DNA of 64,000 nucleotides from Savitreella phatthalungensis (Eukaryota): NCBI GenBank assembly GCA_051599415.1, contig AP039712.1, positions 62,001 to 126,000 of the forward strand, read 5' to 3'. Shown piece by piece: positions 58,712 to 64,000 of this stretch (position 1 is its first letter; each line of letters starts with the position of its first letter). The notes under the pieces were generated by a model. It saw only the letters and a program-made list of their open reading frames with translations, ran no database searches and was not told where the DNA came from. The position numbers and the translations under genes were made by a program.

Positions 58712-59131
58712 AACCCCGTCCAGAGGTCAGGGCGGACTCGGAGGAAGCGCGCGTGACTCAGTGGGCGATGATCAAAGAGGATCTGAGAGTGTGTCAGTAC
58801 GCTCTCTTTCCTTAGACTTTGATACAAGGCATGTTTTTAAACTTTTTTTTGTCTCTCCTGTGGGTGCAATGTATCAGACGATTGGAAAACCTTCCGAGTC
58901 TCCGGTATTGAAACATTCCGAAGCCCCGACGTGACTTAAGGTGAATAAGTATCAAGTCTATGATCAGATATGTCAGAAATAAATTGATTGTCAAAATTTG
59001 ATTAAAGTTTCATATTGAACGTACGTGCATTCAATCGTGCAGTGATAAAGTTTCAGGTTGATTATCATTAGATTCCACCCTGTCACATGTCATTAGGAAG
59101 AGTTGTAGTGAGATCGGAGTTCTGAGGGGAG

Positions 59132-60112
59132 CTACAAGCTGGCCTTGCTGCCTCCGAAAACCTTGACCCAGGCAGCGATGCCTGCTAGACCTGTGGCGAC
59201 TGCGATTGCCGTGCTGAGTATATTGACTTGATTATTTGTTAGCAAGTCTACGCCCATGATGACTCTCGCTCCTGCGTCTTTCTTGGTGACTTTCTCCTTT
59301 GGCGTGGCTGCACGGCCTCCGCCGTGGACTTCGATCACCTTGCGCCTGCTAGGGTCGTACAGGGTCTGCTGGCAGGTGGCGCCTAAGACTGAGTCGATAA
59401 TGCTGCCGAGTGGTCCGATGAGGGTGCACGCCAGGAGCAGCATGATTCGCGTGTACATCGAGTCTGCCGGGATCGTGATGGCTGCCAGGATACCAATCGC
59501 AAGTCCTCCTGCGACGGCAGCGATGAGCCCCAGCAGCGTGATCGCACCGTTCGTACCAGGTGGAACACTCTTGAACGAGGTGATCAGGAACGGCCAATTG
59601 TCCTCTAGCACGCCAAACTCGCTCGACAGCGTGTCCGCGAGGGAAGCCGCATACTGGAATGGCACACCGAAGATAAGCAGATCCTGAAACCGCGTCGACA
59701 GGGCGAGGCGTGATGTCGCGCCGGTCGGACGGTACAGATACAGGTGGAGGGCGAGCAAGGTGGAGGCGATGCCGGCGTTGCAGATGACCTGAGCGGCAGT
59801 GCGTGGCGCAGCAGTGGGCAATTTGGTCAACAGGGATTTCCCAGCGGGTGTACCTGCCTTTGCCAATCTCTCGCGCTCGTCCACATCCGTAGTCAGTCGC
59901 TCGTGCTTGATCTCTCCACCGTACTTGGTCGCAGCCGTGCCCAGGAAGAAAAAGGCCAGGAGGAGGAGTAAAGTGCGTGATGGGTGGAGGGCGTGTAGCC
60001 AGCCTAAAAAGAGTGCAGCAGCGATACCTCCTGCATCGAGGGAATTCTTCTGATGTGCTCTAACCCCAACAAGGGCGACAATCACGAATCCCAGCTGGCG
60101 AGAAAGATCCAT
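59132..60112 (-). CDS. TMEM19/DUF92 integral membrane protein
   Basis: SLDAGG, RTAAQVICNA, ADTLSSEFG, VPPGTNGAIT, GSIIDSVLGATCQ, LTNNQVN. Confidence 0.93.
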   Translation of the reverse strand: MDLSRQLGFVIVALVGVRAHQKNSLDAGGIAAALFLGWLHALHPSRTLLLLLAFFFLGTAATKYGGEIKHERLTTDVDERERLAKAGTPAGKSLLTKLPTAAPRTAAQVICNAGIASTLLALHLYLYRPTGATSRLALSTRFQDLLIFGVPFQYAASLADTLSSEFGVLEDNWPFLITSFKSVPPGTNGAITLLGLIAAVAGGLAIGILAAITIPADSMYTRIMLLLACTLIGPLGSIIDSVLGATCQQTLYDPSRRKVIEVHGGGRAATPKEKVTKKDAGARVIMGVDLLTNNQVNILSTAIAVATGLAGIAAWVKVFGGSKASL

Positions 60113-60969
60113 GTGGACTAGGGTGTGAGTGTGGAGGGCAGATAGTGAACAACAGATTCAAAGCGATTGGCCGTGTCTCCTGTGGGTGGGGTAGGCTGGC
60201 TGAGTGGGGGTCGATTAGAATGCGGCCGCAAACGAGGTTGGTTTCCGAAGTCCTTTACGATGCCGTTAGAGCGAGACCGTGCTTTTTGATGGTAGTGTAT
60301 AATCCAAGAGAGCACAGACTGTCTCGATATTGAGGGCAGGATCCAACGTGCCTGACTTCGTTTGCGTCCTGTACAAGGGTCTAGAGATTTGTACTTTGGG
60401 GATGGCACTCTCGCACAAGGGCATCAACATGTGTCAGGTGAAGTTTACAGTTCATCACATGGACGACGTGGAAAAAGAGCGGAGCCGGAATTGATGAAGC
60501 GCGGGAGATCCCAATGCACCAGTGACCATTCCCGGGCGGGAGTTCAATGAGCTGTACTTTGCCCGGATTGTTGTCATTCGGAACCTCGATTCGGGTACTG
60601 TATTAGAAACGGTCCTGGTGTGCCAGCTGAGTTTCCGGGCTCAGCGGCTGCAGGCACTCCCCCGGACGCCGGTCTCCAATGATCTCTGAATCCGATAAAC
60701 GCGCACATCAACGCTGCACAGGTATGAGATTCGAATTATGAGATTAAATCGTTCAGGCTACGTACACATGCGACGATGCCGCGGTGTGTGGTGTTAGCGT
60801 AGCCGACAGCCCTGCTGGATAGGCAGCTCAATCCGACCTCTGCTGGAGAAAGCAGAGATAGGGTCAATGCAAGGTCACGTGCATGATTGTTGGAACCACG
60901 GTCGATCGTGCGCCAAAGTCCGGTGTCCGAGTCTCAGAAGAAGAAAACAAGAATGCAGATTGGTTAGAT

Positions 60970-61060
60970 AGTGAGTGAGTGAGTGAGTGAGTGAGTGAGT
61001 GAGTGAGTGAGTGAGTGAGTGAGTGAGTGAGTGAGTGAGTGAGTGAGTGAGTGAGTGAGT
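60970..61060. repeat. Perfect (GAGT)n microsatellite, about 22 units
   Basis: Directly visible. Confidence 0.95.
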
Positions 61061-62491
61061 AAAGTGATCAGTGTATGAGCTAGACGACGCCCAGCTAGAC
61101 GAATGAGAATCAATTGCTTATGCATATGGCATAAATCGTTTGCAGGAGTCCAAGACCTGTAACATGTGTTCACATGACCTGCAGGGGTCCACGAATGCAG
61201 TGTTTCAGTGACAAGAGTATCCCTTGGCCATCCTGACTCTCATCACGGGTCACTTCCCTCTACAGGCTTCAAACAACAGCACTGGTCGTAAATATCGTTA
61301 GAAGTACACATAGATACGGACGGCTGGGTGATTTGAGTGCCGACCACGAGTCCGAGACTCCGGGTTGTCAGATTTCCGGTTCACTACTAAGGTCAATTCC
61401 AGTCCAGGACATCGTCACTCGGGCTCGTGTCGGGGGAAGCGAAATGAAAGGTCAGGATCACGGGAAGTGGAGCTTACACGGGGACGAGGTGATGACGATA
61501 TATCCATATGGAAGTATATCATGGTGAATTTCAACATCGATTGATCTGTTTGTTGCAGATGCGTGGTGATCTTGGAGCAATATTAGCGGCTAAGCGGAAT
61601 TGTGATGTCCATACATACTGGTAGGTATACTATTTTTCACCTGCATACATATTTTGACTGGTACCCAATCGAGAGCTAGATGAGAGTAATCCTAGCCTCG
61701 TTGGTCTGTTGGTGTGGTATGAAACAGGAGGATTCCGATTGGCTCAAGAGTAGAGTGAGAAGTCTCTTGAGTGTGTGTCACCTGAGTGTTGAATCTGTCG
61801 AGGGATACACAATCAATCAAGTTTAATTTAGAAGCGGAACTCTATCTGGAGATATCATGTGGTCGATATCTGCGCGTAGTCATTTTTCGAATATGAATCA
61901 AATGATCGAGCCGGTATCGAGGTTGTAATGAAGATAAGATCGAGTAGACTCAATATACAATTTTAAATCGAGTGTCATTAGTTACTGGTCAATTGGAGAC
62001 ACCACTAGGTAGACTTGATCAAATTCCACTCGGGAGTGGTGGCGACTCGAATTAGCCTGATCTTCAGGGATCGTGCTCGCTCCATCTAAAAGGATTGCGA
62101 ACCAATTTCGCAAATGCTGTATATCTGGAGCAAGTGTGAAAATCTCTTCCTACCACGATCATCTCTCAAATTGATGACTCGATCTATGATTCTATCTGAA
62201 TCCAGCCAAATGAGGTGACTCATGGATGCGAATTGCCAATGGTTTTCAACATCGCTTCTGTTCTCGCTCAGATAGGATGAGTGAATTGAGGTCTCAGGAT
62301 GAAACGCACACATGGTAACTCCTCGAACCCAGAAAAGACCAGACTCCGGCCGGTGGCTCAGCGCAGATCTGTCGAAGCATGGCTCTGCCCTCATAACTAA
62401 TCATGGTCAAGCGCTCTGCAGCTCCTCAGAACACCTCGAGAAATTCGTCAAGCTAAACACCGTCAGCTTGGTTGCCATGAGATGCGCGCTC

Positions 62492-63416
62492 TGACTCAGA
62501 TTGATTGTTCTCGCTCATCACGCAGACGATCGATCCAGATAGATTAGCGTCTCGTGATTGATTTTGACCTGGTCGAGCTATGGTAACAATTATCATTCGT
62601 GCGTGAGTCAATCTATTTGAATCATTCTGAGAAAAGTCAGTCATTTCTACCTTTGTCGCCCCTCCCTGCGCTTCAAAACTACAAATCTGCCGCAGGTGTA
62701 ATGGTACTCGGCCAAACATGAGAACGAGAACAGGGCAGTAAAGAGAAACACAGAGGATTTCGGCTTCGACGGAAATCATCACCACCACCACCACCACCAC
62801 CATCATATCCAACAATCCAACAATCCACCACCACAATCCACAATCCACAGCCCATACTCCCCAAGATCCTTCCTGCCTGGTACCTTCCGCTCGCTCCTAC
62901 GACAGCGAGTCATTCAATCCTCCGACTCATCCTGCGACTCATCCTGCGAGTCATCCCATTCTCTGACGCACATTACGCAACCATCTGACTGAAAAGATTT
63001 CATCGACGCGCGTCCGAGCTGAAGGCGCTCTGACTCACGTCGAATCACTACAGAAAACAGGAAGACAGTGCGCAAGAGACTAGAGGAAACCCTTTCTCGA
63101 ACGAGTCATATCAAGTCATCTACAAAAATTCCAGCAATAACTGGATTTGCGTAGCGACGACTTGACTCGATCTTCCTTGTCTTACCCTTCCTCTTCCACT
63201 CCATCTCTCTCTGAGTCTTAGTTGCGCTGCACTTGTTTGCACTGCGCTGCATTGTACTGTACTGCGCATCGCTCGCTCAATTGTCTTTCTGACGTGTGCG
63301 CGCGCTTGACTTTGCAGAGACCAAGAGTCAGATTTCTGAGGTGATTCTCGTCAAGAGTAGTCTAGTCCTGACAAACATACTGGACTAGTTCTTCACACAG
63401 AGTCCCTTCTTATAAG
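62492..63416 (+). promoter_or_regulatory. Cluster of Gcn4/AP-1-type TGA(C/G)TCA elements plus a TATA-like box
   Basis: TGACTCA at 62492 and 63031, TGAGTCA at 62604, one-mismatch sites at 62906, 62923, 62935, 62947, 63102, 63163 and 63325; TATAAG at 63411. Confidence 0.65.
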
Positions 63417-63559
63417 AGCTTCGGTGTCCTCACACTACCCTTCGGCACTTTTCAGCCGGTCCTTGATTGGTCCTGGCCAACCTCTTTCTACATTTCTACC
63501 GGTCAAAACTCTCGACCGTCCTTCACCCGAAACCTGACAGCACATCGATTCTACCCAGC

Positions 63560-63649
63560 ATGGCTACGCCATCGCTCCCGATCCCAGTACTTTCAAACGT
63601 CGTCGTCGTCGCAGCAGCAGCAACAAGAAGCGTCGCAGAGCGCCTCTAA
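63560..63649 (+). promoter_or_regulatory. Candidate upstream ORF (29 codons)
   Basis: First ATG after the TATA-like box; MATPSLPIPVLSNVVVVAAAATRSVAERL*. Confidence 0.4.
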
Positions 63650-63841
63650 GCATCGGACCTGAACCCATTCGATACCCATCTCAAGTCTCCATCGTAAGAT
63701 AGCAGGCGCACAGCGCAAGCCATTGACGATTCCTCAATTGCTCGACACGACAACATCTTCTCGCCGTCTCTACACAATCTTTCTGGTTAACTCTTTATCG
63801 CCTCTTTGAAAATCCCTCCACAAACCAAAATCACTGAATCA

Positions 63842-64000
63842 ATGGCCAGCTTTAGAGCGAAAAGCTGTTGCTATCCTAGCCCAAATGCCGCACTTCTGGC
63901 CGCTTCTGCAGTAGCGCCCACATCGGTCACTGCACTCGCACCGCCAGTGCCATCACTCCGCCGCGAGGCGTCCCAAAACTACACCTACGTCGACGGACTC
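63842..64000 (+). CDS. ORF running off the window end (main CDS or second uORF; product unknown)
   Basis: ATG 63842 is open to the end: MASFRAKSCCYPSPNAALLAASAVAPTSVTALAPPVPSLRREASQNYTYVDGL. Confidence 0.4.
   Translation, partial: MASFRAKSCCYPSPNAALLAASAVAPTSVTALAPPVPSLRREASQNYTYVDGL

Noticed and set aside
60113..62490. Gene, ncRNA or transposon remnant in the long intergenic stretch
   Set aside because: No long ORF, terminal repeats or recognisable RNA motif seen by eye
63842..64000. Antizyme-like frameshift gene
   Set aside because: No antizyme ORF1 motif or shift site visible within the window

Overview
Gene-dense, intron-poor fungal (ascomycete) genomic DNA. Short 55-85 nt GT-AG introns with CTRAC branch points close to the acceptor and the gene content suggest an early-diverging yeast-like lineage such as Taphrinomycotina (inference only). 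About 35 protein genes can be supported, mostly housekeeping: MRS2-type Mg channel (partial), PMP3, MCM1, ARG5,6, HIS1, RAD1/XPF, HIS2, SKT5/CHS4, a probable Nse6/SLF2, LSM3, EGD2, ERG26, UBP6, UMP1, MIC19, RBK1, an APT1-type thioesterase, a synaptobrevin, REX2, SEN1, an HSP12-like gene, two GSTs, an MFS pump, a Zn2Cys6 factor and a TMEM19/DUF92 protein. There is also an intron-containing tRNA-Lys(UUU). No transposon or CRISPR was seen. The most unusual signals are missed by the ORF track. (1) The PMP3 gene's only intron appears to be a U2-type AT-AC intron. (2) A tandem triad of divergent three-exon microprotein genes (61-75 aa) share one exon architecture and predicted myristoylation/palmitoylation; the middle copy has no AG acceptor for intron 1. 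(3) A dense array of Gcn4/Cpc1-type TGACTC(A) elements precedes a uORF-containing leader at the right edge. All gene models were read by eye; no database search was run.
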